A DNA stretch of 24,162 nucleotides, taken from positions 1-24,162 of the IMG/VR virus record IMGVR_UViG_3300032266_000031. One strand, 5' to 3'. Shown here piece by piece: positions 8,308 to 17,649 of this stretch. The DNA comes from a virus. Lineage: Duplodnaviria > Caudoviricetes. The notes below the pieces were generated by a model that was given only the letters and a program-made list of their open reading frames with translations, did not search any database and was not told the origin of the DNA. The translations under genes were made by a program, and so were the position numbers. The first letter of the stretch is position 1; each line of letters begins with the position of its first letter.

Positions 8308-8724
8308 ATGGCTAATTCACAAGCTGTCGGTGTCGCATATAACGACCCCGAATTTACTACCTGCTACGCAAGCCAAGAACTTGGTTACAGCGCAGCGGCT
8401 CAAGGCACTGTGACGCAAGCAACAGACAAGTCCACAGGGGTAACTCTGAACAAGTCTGCTGGTCGCATCACAATGAACAATGCAGCGTTGGCAGGAGCCA
8501 CCGCAGTGTCTTTCATTTTGACCAACAACTTGATCTCGGCCAATGACACGATCATTGTGTGTGTTTCTAGCAACACTACTGGTAGTGCTGCTGGTGCTTA
8601 CACCACTTACGTGTCTTATTTGGCCGCTGGTTCTGCGTTGATTACGTTGCGTAATTTGACTGCCGCTACTTCATATTCTGAAGCAGTGATCATCAATTTT
8701 TCTGTCATTCACGGCGCATCGTAA
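8308..8724 (+). CDS. Second putative decoration / head-fibre protein (138 aa)
   Basis: Start reassigned to ATG 8308 behind AAAGGA. GTVTQATDKSTGVTLNKSAGRITMN beta-rich sequence. Confidence 0.7.
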   Translation: MANSQAVGVAYNDPEFTTCYASQELGYSAAAQGTVTQATDKSTGVTLNKSAGRITMNNAALAGATAVSFILTNNLISANDTIIVCVSSNTTGSAAGAYTTYVSYLAAGSALITLRNLTAATSYSEAVIINFSVIHGAS

Positions 8725-8740
8725 AATGCACCTAACAAAC

Positions 8741-8763
8741 GGGGGGCTTCGGCCCCCCTTTTT
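8741..8763 (+). terminator. Intrinsic terminator-like hairpin
   Basis: GGGGGGC-TTCG-GCCCCCC followed by TTTTT. Confidence 0.8.
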
Positions 8764-8767
8764 GGGT

Positions 8768-8959
8768 ATGAACATTTATTTAATGCACTCCGTCCACGGC
8801 AGAAAAGTTGCTACTATGGAACTTGAAGCCGAATATGATGAACAAAACGGCTGGTCGCGGTACAATCCAGACGAGCCTATTGAAGTCTCTGAGCCAGAGA
8901 CAAATGCGTTAAGCATCAAACGCAAGTACACACGCAAGGCTGTAACCGAGGACATCTAA
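8768..8959 (+). CDS. Small hypothetical protein (63 aa)
   Basis: Start reassigned to ATG 8768 because the longer start would translate through the hairpin. MNIYLMHSVHGRKVA..EAEYDEQNGW with a basic tail. Confidence 0.7.
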   Translation: MNIYLMHSVHGRKVATMELEAEYDEQNGWSRYNPDEPIEVSEPETNALSIKRKYTRKAVTEDI

Positions 8960-8960
8960 C

Positions 8961-9689
8961 ATGGCAACATACACCGCAGCAGACCAAATTAATCGTGCGC
9001 TTCGATTGCTTGGCATCCTAGCTGAAGGTGAAACGCCATCGGCAGAGACTTCGCAGGATGCGCTGGTTGCCTTAAACCAGATGATTGACTCTTGGAATAC
9101 CGAGCGTCTTTCGGTGTTTAACACCATTGACCAGACATTCCTTTGGCCTGCCGGTGAAATCCAGCGTCACCTTGGACCAACTGGCGCTGCTGCTGGCGGT
9201 TTTAATGGTCTGCGTCCCGTGCTGTTGGATGACGCTACTTACTACCGCGACCCAGGCACCAATGTGTCTTTCGGCATTAAGTTTATCAACCAGCAGCAGT
9301 ACGATGGTATTGCGGTTAAGACGGTGACTTCTACTTATCCACAAGTTATGTGGATCAACATGGAGTACCCCAACATCCAGATGACGGTCTATCCCAAGCC
9401 CACACGGGAATTGGAATGGCACTTTATTTCGGTGCAGGAATTAGACCAGCCAGCGACCTTGGAAACTCAGATTCTGTTTCCACCAGGCTATCTACGGGCG
9501 TTTACCTATAACTTGGCGATGGAGTTTGCACCTGAGTTTGGCGTAGAGCCAAGCCCTCAAGTTCAGCGTATTGCCATGACCAGCAAGCGCAATCTCAAGC
9601 GCATCAACAACCCTGACGACATCATGTCCATGCCTTACTCGCTGGTGGCAACCCGTCAACGGTTTAACATCTATGCTGGAAATTATTGA
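8961..9689 (+). CDS. Head-tail adaptor, P22 gp4-like
   Basis: DQINRALRLLGILAEGETP....DAL..LNQMIDSW N-terminus and PPGYLRAFTYNLAME.APEFG. Synteny before gp10-like gene. Confidence 0.8.
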   Translation: MATYTAADQINRALRLLGILAEGETPSAETSQDALVALNQMIDSWNTERLSVFNTIDQTFLWPAGEIQRHLGPTGAAAGGFNGLRPVLLDDATYYRDPGTNVSFGIKFINQQQYDGIAVKTVTSTYPQVMWINMEYPNIQMTVYPKPTRELEWHFISVQELDQPATLETQILFPPGYLRAFTYNLAMEFAPEFGVEPSPQVQRIAMTSKRNLKRINNPDDIMSMPYSLVATRQRFNIYAGNY

Positions 9690-11155
9690 TGAAAACGCCA
9701 ATTCTTGGCTCATCGTATGTTGCCCGTAGCATTAATGCTGCGGATAACCGCATGGTCAACCTGTTTCCCGAGATTGTCCCCGAGGGAGGCAAAGAGGCTG
9801 GGTTTCTGAATCGTGCGCCAGGTCTTAACTTCCTGCAAACTGTAGGCACTGGCCCCATTCGTGGACTGTGGGCGCACCAGACCAACGGCAGCGACTTTTA
9901 TGTTGTGTCAGGCACCGAGGTTTACAAACTTACAGGGTTGACAGCCACACCCACCAAAATTGGCGATGTGTCGGGCACTGGCCCCGTGTCTATTGCTGAC
10001 AATGGTGCGGTAATCTTCTTTGCCTGTAACGGCCCAAGCTACACCTACTACGAGCCAACTAACGAATTTAATGAAATCACAGATGTCAATTTCCCTGGCG
10101 CTGTGACGGTTGGCTACCTAGACAATCAGTTTATTTTTAATGAACCTAACAGCCAACGCATTTGGTCTGTGGATACGGTCAACCCAGCAAACGGTGATTA
10201 CATTTACCCGCTGGTATTTGACCCCTTGTTCTTTTCTAGCGCTGACGGCTCACCCGATGGCGTAGTGGCAATCAATTGTGACCACCGGCAGCTTTGGGTG
10301 TTTGGAACTGACTCGGTTGAGGTCTGGTACAACGCTGGCCTTGCCAACTTCCCATTAACGCCCATTTCAGGCGCTTTTAACGAGATTGGCTGTGTAGCTG
10401 CCTACTCGGTAGCAAAACTTGATAACACGTTGTTTTGGCTAGGTACAGACGCTCGCGGACAGGGTATTGTCTATAAGGCCAACGGCTATGCTGGACTTCG
10501 GGTTTCTACTCATGCCATTGAGTACGCAATCGCGCAATACGGCAACATTGCTGATGCGCTGGCCTACACTTACCAGCAAGAAGGCCATTCTTTCTATGTT
10601 CTGACGTTCCCAAGTGGAAACGCTACATGGGTTTACGATGTGTCCACCCAAGCCTGGCATGAACGTGCAGGGTTTGACAATGGCGCGTTTATGAGGCATC
10701 GCAGCAACTGCCAATGCAACTTTGGCGGTAATATCATTGTTGGCGACTTTGCCAACGGCAACATCTACACGTTTGATTTGGATGTGTACACTGACAATAG
10801 CAACGTACAAAAGTGGCTGCGGTCATGGCGGGCGCTGCCTACCGGCCAGAATAACCTCAAGCGCACCGCGCAACACAGTCTGCAACTTGACTGCGAGACT
10901 GGCGTTGGTATCAACAATGGTCAAGGCTCTACGCCGGAGGCTATGCTGCGCTGGTCGGACGATGGCGGTCACACTTGGTCTAACGAGCATTGGCGGCAAA
11001 TGGGCGCAATTGGTCAGTATGGCTACCGAACCATATGGCGGCGGCTAGGTATGACTCAAAAAATACGTGACCGCGTATATGAAGTGTCTGGTACGGACCC
11101 CGTGAAGATTGCCATCATGGGTGCTGAGTTGTTAATTTCACCGACCAACGCATAA
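9689..11155 (+). CDS. Tail hub / packaged DNA stabilization protein, P22 gp10-like
   Basis: Beta-propeller-type repeats, SADGSPDGVVA, LWVFGTDSVEVW, YQQEGHSFYVL.FP, LRWSDDGGHTWS, WRRLG..RDRVYEV. TGATG overlap supports the ATG 9689 start. Confidence 0.9.
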   Translation: MKTPILGSSYVARSINAADNRMVNLFPEIVPEGGKEAGFLNRAPGLNFLQTVGTGPIRGLWAHQTNGSDFYVVSGTEVYKLTGLTATPTKIGDVSGTGPVSIADNGAVIFFACNGPSYTYYEPTNEFNEITDVNFPGAVTVGYLDNQFIFNEPNSQRIWSVDTVNPANGDYIYPLVFDPLFFSSADGSPDGVVAINCDHRQLWVFGTDSVEVWYNAGLANFPLTPISGAFNEIGCVAAYSVAKLDNTLFWLGTDARGQGIVYKANGYAGLRVSTHAIEYAIAQYGNIADALAYTYQQEGHSFYVLTFPSGNATWVYDVSTQAWHERAGFDNGAFMRHRSNCQCNFGGNIIVGDFANGNIYTFDLDVYTDNSNVQKWLRSWRALPTGQNNLKRTAQHSLQLDCETGVGINNGQGSTPEAMLRWSDDGGHTWSNEHWRQMGAIGQYGYRTIWRRLGMTQKIRDRVYEVSGTDPVKIAIMGAELLISPTNA

Positions 11156-11865
11156 TGGCTGTATCTCCATCACAAATACCAGCCCCACGGGTTCCGTTGG
11201 TGGACTTGCAGACCAACACGGTTTCCCGTGAATGGTTTATGTGGTTCAACAATGTGTACTCATTTACTGGCGGTGGTACTGCAATCATAGCTGTAGAAAA
11301 TGGCGGCACAGGCTTGGGAACAATTCCAAGCAACGGCCAACTTCTAATTGGTAACGGTACAGGGTATTCCCTTAATACGTTGTTTGCTGGTACTGGAATT
11401 TCTATTGCCAATGGCTCTGGTTCAATTTCAATTACCAATAGTTTGCCCGACCAAACTGTGGTGCTGACAGGCGCTGGAACAACTACAACTAGCGGCACTT
11501 ATCCTAATTTTACGATTACGTCAAACGATGCGTATGTGGGTACGGTAACTAGCGTAGGTGGCACAGGGACTGTCAATGGCATCACGTTAACGGGAACCGT
11601 CACCAGTTCGGGCAACCTGACGCTTGGTGGCGCTCTTAGCGGGGTAAGTCTGACTACTCAGGTCAGCGGCATATTGCCTGTGGCAAACGGCGGTACGGGC
11701 ACTGGAGTAGCATACACAGTAGCAACTCTGCCAACAGTAGGAACGCAAGGGCGTAGGGCATGGGTAACTAATGCTTTGGCTCCTACGTTTGGGGCGGCAG
11801 TAGTTGGCGGTGGTGCGGTGGTTATTCCTGTGTTTGATAACGGTACAGCTTGGATTGTTGGATAA
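11155..11865 (+). CDS. Tail needle/plug-position protein (gp26 slot) with Gly/Thr-rich fibre body
   Basis: TAATG coupling to the gp10-like gene. N-terminal PRVPLVD....VSREWFMWF, two NGGTG fibre repeats, C-terminal YTVATLP...PVFDNGTAWIVG. Confidence 0.7.
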   Translation: MAVSPSQIPAPRVPLVDLQTNTVSREWFMWFNNVYSFTGGGTAIIAVENGGTGLGTIPSNGQLLIGNGTGYSLNTLFAGTGISIANGSGSISITNSLPDQTVVLTGAGTTTTSGTYPNFTITSNDAYVGTVTSVGGTGTVNGITLTGTVTSSGNLTLGGALSGVSLTTQVSGILPVANGGTGTGVAYTVATLPTVGTQGRRAWVTNALAPTFGAAVVGGGAVVIPVFDNGTAWIVG

Positions 11866-12326
11866 TGATGCAAGTTACCTACGGCGCTGGATTTAATCTT
11901 GCTGCGGATATGCGCCAGCAAGTTGAGCGACTTCAGGTTGAAGTGTCAAAACATGAGCAATACGAGGCTCCTACAGAGCATTTGTTTCATGGTGGAATGT
12001 ATTGTCGTCAAGTATGGCGACCCGCAGATTGCTTGATAGTCGGCAAAGTTCACAAAAAAGAACATTTTTACATGGTTGTTTTTGGAACTGTGGTGATTAC
12101 CACAGACGATGGGGTAAAACGAATTACAGGCCCACAACTATTGTGCAGTAGTCCGGGAACAAAACGTGCCGTTTATGCTGAGACAGATGCTTTGTGCATG
12201 ACAATTCATCGAGTTGAATCAAATGATGTGGAAACAGTAGAATCGGAATTAGTTGAAGAAGATTCTCTTTCCATGTTTACCGTAGGCAACAAGGTCAAAA
12301 ATCAGTCAATTGAGGTATCAATATGA
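11865..12326 (+). CDS. Cupin-fold protein (153 aa)
   Basis: TAATG overlap gives start 11865. HLFHGGMYCRQV..PAD.LIVGKVHKKEHF..V..GTV...PGTKRAVYA...CMTIH is an RmlC-like cupin barrel pattern. Confidence 0.7.
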   Translation: MMQVTYGAGFNLAADMRQQVERLQVEVSKHEQYEAPTEHLFHGGMYCRQVWRPADCLIVGKVHKKEHFYMVVFGTVVITTDDGVKRITGPQLLCSSPGTKRAVYAETDALCMTIHRVESNDVETVESELVEEDSLSMFTVGNKVKNQSIEVSI

Positions 12327-13060
12327 GTTTTATCACAGCAGCGATGATTGGGGCGGGTGGCGCTATTCTTGGTGGTGCTATAGCAAGTTCGGGAGCCAGA
12401 TCGGCAGCATCAACACAGGCTGATGCAGCAAATCGTTCTGCTGATTTGCAAGCTGCTGCGCTAGAAAAACAACTAGCCTTGCAAGAACCTTACAGGCAAG
12501 CTGGCTTAACAGGTCAAAACCGGCTAATGGAATTGCTTGGGCTTGGTGGAAATGCTGGGGCTGCTGGCTATGGCAAGTACGGCAGAGACTTTAGCATGGC
12601 TGATTACCAAGCAGACCCTGGCTATGCTTTTCGACTGAACGAAGGCATGAAGCAACTTGGGCATCAGGCTGCTGGCCGTGGTGGTCTTATCTCTGGGCAG
12701 TCTATGAAAGGATTGCAAGATTACGCCCAAAACTCTGCCTCGCAAGAGTACAACAATGCGTTTCAACGCTACCAAACTAATCGAGCAAACCAGCTTCAGC
12801 CGTTGGGAAATCTAATGTCGTCGGGTCAGGCTGCTGCTAGTAATCAGGCTGGTAATACCGGAAACTATGCAACCAACGCAGGAAATGCTTATATGGCTGC
12901 TGGTCAGGCCATTGGTGCTGGTCAATTGGGTGCGGCTAATAGTTTGGCTGGTGGTATTACTGGAGGTATAAGCGCGTATCAAAACCAAATGAATTTTAAC
13001 AACTGGTTGAATCGAAATCAACCGGGAGTAATTCCAATGCAACCAGGCGGGGGGTATTAA
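12323..13060 (+). CDS. DNA ejection protein, P22 gp7-like
   Basis: Hydrophobic Gly/Ala-rich N-terminus, A/Q-rich helices, DPGYAFRL.EG....AAGRGGLISG motif, synteny. Confidence 0.75.
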   Translation: MSFITAAMIGAGGAILGGAIASSGARSAASTQADAANRSADLQAAALEKQLALQEPYRQAGLTGQNRLMELLGLGGNAGAAGYGKYGRDFSMADYQADPGYAFRLNEGMKQLGHQAAGRGGLISGQSMKGLQDYAQNSASQEYNNAFQRYQTNRANQLQPLGNLMSSGQAAASNQAGNTGNYATNAGNAYMAAGQAIGAGQLGAANSLAGGITGGISAYQNQMNFNNWLNRNQPGVIPMQPGGGY

Positions 13061-13062
13061 TC

Positions 13063-14391
13063 ATGGCTGATCTAAATGCACTAATTGCACAAGGCTACCA
13101 GTTTCAACCGCCACCCGATCCCTTTGCTCAGTATGCAAAGATGCAACAATTGGACCAAGGTGAGCAGACCAACCAACTTAATCGCATGAAGATGCAGGAG
13201 TACCAGCGCGGCATGGAAGAAACCAATGCCATGCGCCGTCTTGACCCAACATCAGCAACATATCTGCAAGACATTACGCGAATTAACCCTGAGAAGGGGT
13301 TTGCTTTTGCAAAAATGCAACAAGAAGCCGGAACTGCGCGTACTGAGGGGCAAATCAAAAGCACAGATTTGCTGACTAAAAAATTGGCAATGCTTCCTGA
13401 AGCCTACCGCATGGCAGACACACCAGAGGCGTATTTAGCATTGCATCAATCTGTACATGCTGATCCGGTGATTGGACCCTATCTTAAAAGTATGGGGGCA
13501 ACACCCGAAAAGGGTCTTGCTACTTTACAAAATGCCGTTCAGACGGGCACGTTTGATGACTTGCGCCTAAAGTCAATGCAAAGCGTTAGCCAAATTCTTG
13601 ATAGCATGAAGCCAATTACAGGCGTTGCTGGTGGGTTTGTATATGACCCAAAAACTAAATCTTTTATGCAGGCTCCTGAAAAAACAGCAAAAACTATTGG
13701 AAATATTAACCCAGGTGACTTTACTCCTGCTTCTTTGGCAAGATTTAATACATCTGGAAATTATGGTGATTTAATTCTTAAACCAGTAGAGCGTGCGCCT
13801 CGCCCTGAAGCAGCGCCACGGACACAACAAGTAACACTCAATGATGGTAGCCTTGGTATTGTAAATATGGATACTGGCGTGATTACACGCTCTACGGTAG
13901 ACGGCGCGCCCGTTAAAGGTAAACCATCAGCGTTCACTGAAAAAACAGCAGAGCAACAAAAACAAATGAAACGTGGTTTGGATGTTGCCATTAGTGAACT
14001 TACGGACGCAACTAAAGATGGCGGTTTGATAGATCAATCCACTGGCAGCGGCGCAGGAAGATTGGCAGACATTAGCATGGGCTTTGTTGGTCGAGCAACA
14101 CCAGGCGCAATCGCTATTAGTAAACTTCAACCTATTGCCGATATTGCTTTGAAAATGGTGCCACGTTTTGAAGGACCGCAATCTGATAAAGATACTGCGT
14201 CATACAAACAAGCGGCAGGTCAACTAGCAGACCCTACGCTGCCCACGGCAATCAGAAAAGAAGCTGGTAAAACCGTGTTACGTTTGATGCAAAATCGTAA
14301 AGATCAATTCATGTCAGCAGATATGGAAGCAAGTGGGCAACGTCCTACCGCTTCAACGGGCGTAGACACATCTAACCCATTGCTTAAATAA
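13063..14391 (+). CDS. DNA ejection protein, gp20 position
   Basis: 442 aa, helical, Q/M/A-rich, no Cys or Trp, between gp7-like gene and the large ejection gene. Confidence 0.6.
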   Translation: MADLNALIAQGYQFQPPPDPFAQYAKMQQLDQGEQTNQLNRMKMQEYQRGMEETNAMRRLDPTSATYLQDITRINPEKGFAFAKMQQEAGTARTEGQIKSTDLLTKKLAMLPEAYRMADTPEAYLALHQSVHADPVIGPYLKSMGATPEKGLATLQNAVQTGTFDDLRLKSMQSVSQILDSMKPITGVAGGFVYDPKTKSFMQAPEKTAKTIGNINPGDFTPASLARFNTSGNYGDLILKPVERAPRPEAAPRTQQVTLNDGSLGIVNMDTGVITRSTVDGAPVKGKPSAFTEKTAEQQKQMKRGLDVAISELTDATKDGGLIDQSTGSGAGRLADISMGFVGRATPGAIAISKLQPIADIALKMVPRFEGPQSDKDTASYKQAAGQLADPTLPTAIRKEAGKTVLRLMQNRKDQFMSADMEASGQRPTASTGVDTSNPLLK

Positions 14392-14400
14392 GGGATCAAA

Positions 14401-17025
14401 ATGGCTGATCTATCCAGCATCCTAGCTGATCCTAACTATGTCAATGCAAATCCTGCCACAAAACAGGCAATTTTTGACAAGTTTTCAGCAAAAGATACAA
14501 ACTTTACTAATGCAAACCCAGAAACACAAAATGCTATTCGTTCTAGGTTTGGGTTAACTGTTAACGCTGGTCCTGACCTAGGAAGCTATGACCCAGGGCA
14601 AGGCAGTTATGACGCGCCATCTAGTGGCATTCCTATGGGTCGCACACAACCCAAGTTGACAGGCGTTAGCGGTGTAATGGAACAGATTGGCGCACCTATA
14701 CAAGCTGTATCGGAAGGTGCTATCAAGGGCGGCAGCAACATTTTATTTGGCGCTGAACAATTGCTTGGAAAAGGATTTCAAGCGGCTGGTGATTTATTTC
14801 CCAATGATCAAACTTTATCTAGTTTAATTACAGGAAAGCGCAAACTTAATTTTGGACAAGACGCGGGCAATCTTTTGGTTCAAGATGCTTTACGCCGTCA
14901 AGCCGAAGCGCAAGCCCGTGTTGCACCGTTTAAACAAGAATATCCATTCTCAACAGGTGCCGGTGAACTTGGTTTAGAAACGGCCATTACCGCACCACTT
15001 GGCGGCATGATAGCTAGGCCATTGGCGGCAGTAGCACCGTATGCACCAACCGTCATTAATCCAGTTGTTAATGCTTTGCGGTCATCTGGTTTTAGTTCTG
15101 GATTATTGCCCGCTGCTAAAGTTGTTCCTGGGGTTGCACCTCAAGCAATCCCCTTATCAACCCGCGCTGCCGACATTGGTGCGCGTGTAGTTGGTGGTGG
15201 CGTGACTGGCGGCGCAACTGCGGCGCTTACTAACCCTGACGAAATTGGTGCTGGCACTAGTGTTGGTGCAGGTTTGGCTGTTGCAGCGCCGCCTATTGTT
15301 AAGGGTCTGGCTAAAAGTGCAGGATTTTTAGTTGATGCTTTTAGTGGACAACTTCCTGCTGTTGGCGCTGGAAAAATTGCGCGTGAAGTTGCTGGTGAAC
15401 GTATTGGTGCAATTCGCGCCGCACTTGCCGCTGCACCAGAAGATGTAACTGCCGCACAAGCCACATCAGGAATTCAGAAAGATGCTTGGCAAGCGTTTGG
15501 TGAGATGGCTGGCAAAACAGACCAAAGGTCTACTTTGTTGAAACGCCAAGCGGCAGATGACTTGGCTGAATTGCAGCGCATGGCTGAAGGTGGCAATGAA
15601 ACACAGATGCGGGCAGCATATGAGCAGTCAATTAAACGACTAAATCAATTAACTTCCGACCTGAGAAATGTGCCTTTGCAAGCGGCTAATCAGGCCAACC
15701 AAACCATTAATCAATTAGCACCCAAACTGGAGCAACGTCAAGCAAGCATGGTAAATGCGTTGCGTGAAGGAATGCCAGCAAACCTACCTTCTGGTGCGGC
15801 TGGCACACCAGCACCTGGCGTATCTGGCATTCATGCGGGGACAGAAGCATTACAACGTGCAAATGTTGCAGATGATGCCGCTAGAAGGTTAATGGTTGCA
15901 CGTTCTCAAGCTGCTCGCGGAGGTGTTTCAGAATCAACTGTGCCAGGTGCAAATGATAGGCGCATTGAAAGTGCCAATCGTTTTGTATCGGAGCAATGGC
16001 AGCAGGCTTCTAATGAATTTGCAAACATTGCAAAACAACGCCGCGCGGAGGCTGGATTTATTGAGCGTCAAATTGGCAGTCTTGAGGCTCATGGTTTGAG
16101 GCCATTGGATGCTGGAAGCATTACAGCAGCAATTGACCAAAAACTTTCTGCTCCAGGATTGCGAGCCAGTTCTAACATGACCAAGGTGTTGCAAGCCGTT
16201 AAAGACGACATTGCCAATTTGACCGAAAAAGGTGGCGGCGTCATTGACGCGCATGATCTTTATACCCTTCGCAAAGAAGGCATCAACGAGCGCATCATGC
16301 AAATCATGGGGCAAACCGATCCCAAGATAAGCGCCAAAGTGACGCGAAATGTCCTGCAAGAAGTTCGTCCACTTATTGATGATGCTATTGAGAAAGCTGG
16401 CGGAACAGGTTGGAAAGATTACCTTAAAACGTATTCTCAAGGTATGCAAGCCATTGACCAAAAAGCAATGGCAGCACAAGCAGCAAAGTTGTTTGAAAAC
16501 GCACCAAATGAATACGTTAAGTTAGTTCGAGGTAACAACCCAGATGCGGTAGAAGCCATCTTTGGACCAGGCAGTTACGACATTTTTAAAGAGATGGGCA
16601 GCAAGATGCCTACTTTAGAAAAAGTGGCTAGTAATGTTGAGCGCAATGCCGCAATGAAAGAAGCAGCAACTGCTGGAACCGAAGCACTTGGAAACATTAT
16701 TAACGCTGATTCTTTTAAAACTAGATTTCCTGGTTGGTTAAATCGCACAACCACAGCAGCCAACATGACGTTGGATATTTTAGAAAAGCGCCTTGACAAG
16801 AAAATTTTTGCTGAAATGCAAAAAGGTATGGCGTCTGGAAAAAGCGCATTGGAAATGTTAAATACATTGCCAACAGCCGAAAAAAGCAAAGTCCTTCGCG
16901 TGTTGTCTGACCCCGCATCTTGGGGTAAGGCGGGTACAATTTCGGCAAGAATTGCCACAAGGCAAGAGCAGCCAGTTAACGCCCTTGCTCCTCAGCAAGA
17001 AAACCAAAACGCCCTAGCAAAGTAA
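14401..17025 (+). CDS. Large DNA ejection protein, gp16 position
   Basis: 874 aa, Ala/Gly-rich, with membrane-active segments (VVGGGVTGGATAAL, VGAGLAVAAPPIV) and coiled coils. No Cys. Last virion gene. Confidence 0.65.
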   Translation: MADLSSILADPNYVNANPATKQAIFDKFSAKDTNFTNANPETQNAIRSRFGLTVNAGPDLGSYDPGQGSYDAPSSGIPMGRTQPKLTGVSGVMEQIGAPIQAVSEGAIKGGSNILFGAEQLLGKGFQAAGDLFPNDQTLSSLITGKRKLNFGQDAGNLLVQDALRRQAEAQARVAPFKQEYPFSTGAGELGLETAITAPLGGMIARPLAAVAPYAPTVINPVVNALRSSGFSSGLLPAAKVVPGVAPQAIPLSTRAADIGARVVGGGVTGGATAALTNPDEIGAGTSVGAGLAVAAPPIVKGLAKSAGFLVDAFSGQLPAVGAGKIAREVAGERIGAIRAALAAAPEDVTAAQATSGIQKDAWQAFGEMAGKTDQRSTLLKRQAADDLAELQRMAEGGNETQMRAAYEQSIKRLNQLTSDLRNVPLQAANQANQTINQLAPKLEQRQASMVNALREGMPANLPSGAAGTPAPGVSGIHAGTEALQRANVADDAARRLMVARSQAARGGVSESTVPGANDRRIESANRFVSEQWQQASNEFANIAKQRRAEAGFIERQIGSLEAHGLRPLDAGSITAAIDQKLSAPGLRASSNMTKVLQAVKDDIANLTEKGGGVIDAHDLYTLRKEGINERIMQIMGQTDPKISAKVTRNVLQEVRPLIDDAIEKAGGTGWKDYLKTYSQGMQAIDQKAMAAQAAKLFENAPNEYVKLVRGNNPDAVEAIFGPGSYDIFKEMGSKMPTLEKVASNVERNAAMKEAATAGTEALGNIINADSFKTRFPGWLNRTTTAANMTLDILEKRLDKKIFAEMQKGMASGKSALEMLNTLPTAEKSKVLRVLSDPASWGKAGTISARIATRQEQPVNALAPQQENQNALAK

Positions 17026-17029
17026 CATC

Positions 17030-17263
17030 ATGGAACCACAGCAACTCCTCAATGTCGGTCTTAGTGTTGCTATGGCAATTACTGGCTGGTTTGCCCGTGA
17101 ACTTTGGGCGGCAGTCAAAGAGTTGAAATCTGATCTGTCTAAACTCCGCGAGGACTTGCCCAAAAGTTACATTAGCCGCGATGACTACCGTGAAGATATG
17201 CGCGATATTAAAGAGATGCTTAATAAGATATTTGACAAACTAGAAGCAAAGCAGGACAAATGA
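17030..17263 (+). CDS. Lysis-associated membrane protein (one N-terminal TM + coiled coil)
   Basis: LLNVGLSVAMAITGWFA hydrophobic segment, then heptad-rich charged region. Overlaps holin start. Confidence 0.65.
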   Translation: MEPQQLLNVGLSVAMAITGWFARELWAAVKELKSDLSKLREDLPKSYISRDDYREDMRDIKEMLNKIFDKLEAKQDK

Positions 17264-17649
17264 TGGACATCACCGGACTTGGTTCAGTTTCCAATCTAGT
17301 CAATACCGCCATCAACAAGATATGGCCTGATAAATCAGAGGCCGAAAAGCAGCAACTTGCAGCCGCCGTAATGGTTGTCCAAGGCCAGATTGACACCAAC
17401 AAGGTAGAAGCGGCAAATCCCAACGTATTTGTCTCAGGCTGGCGTCCTTTCATTGGCTGGGTATGCGGTGCTGCCTGTGCTTGGAACTGGATAGGTTTAC
17501 CCATTGCGGCAATGGCGCTCAAGGTTTACCATATTGAAATTGCCCTATCACCAGCCAATCTTACCGAAATGCTCCCTGTGCTAATGGGAATGCTTGGCCT
17601 TGGTGGACTAAGAACCATTGAAAAAATTAACGGCGTAGCAGCTAAATGA
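17260..17649 (+). CDS. Holin, 3TM (GTA-holin) family
   Basis: Signature EA.NPNVFVSGWRPFIGWVCG and LMGMLGLGGLRTIEK, adjacent to the endolysin. Start could be the second ATG at 17263. Confidence 0.88.
   Translation: MMDITGLGSVSNLVNTAINKIWPDKSEAEKQQLAAAVMVVQGQIDTNKVEAANPNVFVSGWRPFIGWVCGAACAWNWIGLPIAAMALKVYHIEIALSPANLTEMLPVLMGMLGLGGLRTIEKINGVAAK

Noticed and set aside
7791-8763. Repeated palindromes as CRISPR, REP or attC elements
   Set aside because: Separated by whole structural genes, followed by U tracts, with no cas or integrase; a terminator-type role suffices.
14578-14616. GSYDPGQGSYDAP mini-repeat in the large ejection protein
   Set aside because: Only two short degenerate copies in a flexible linker; no supportable function.
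17260-17265. Met-Met holin start as a lambda S-type holin/antiholin dual start
   Set aside because: No charged residue between the Mets; explained by the ATGATG stop/start overlap.
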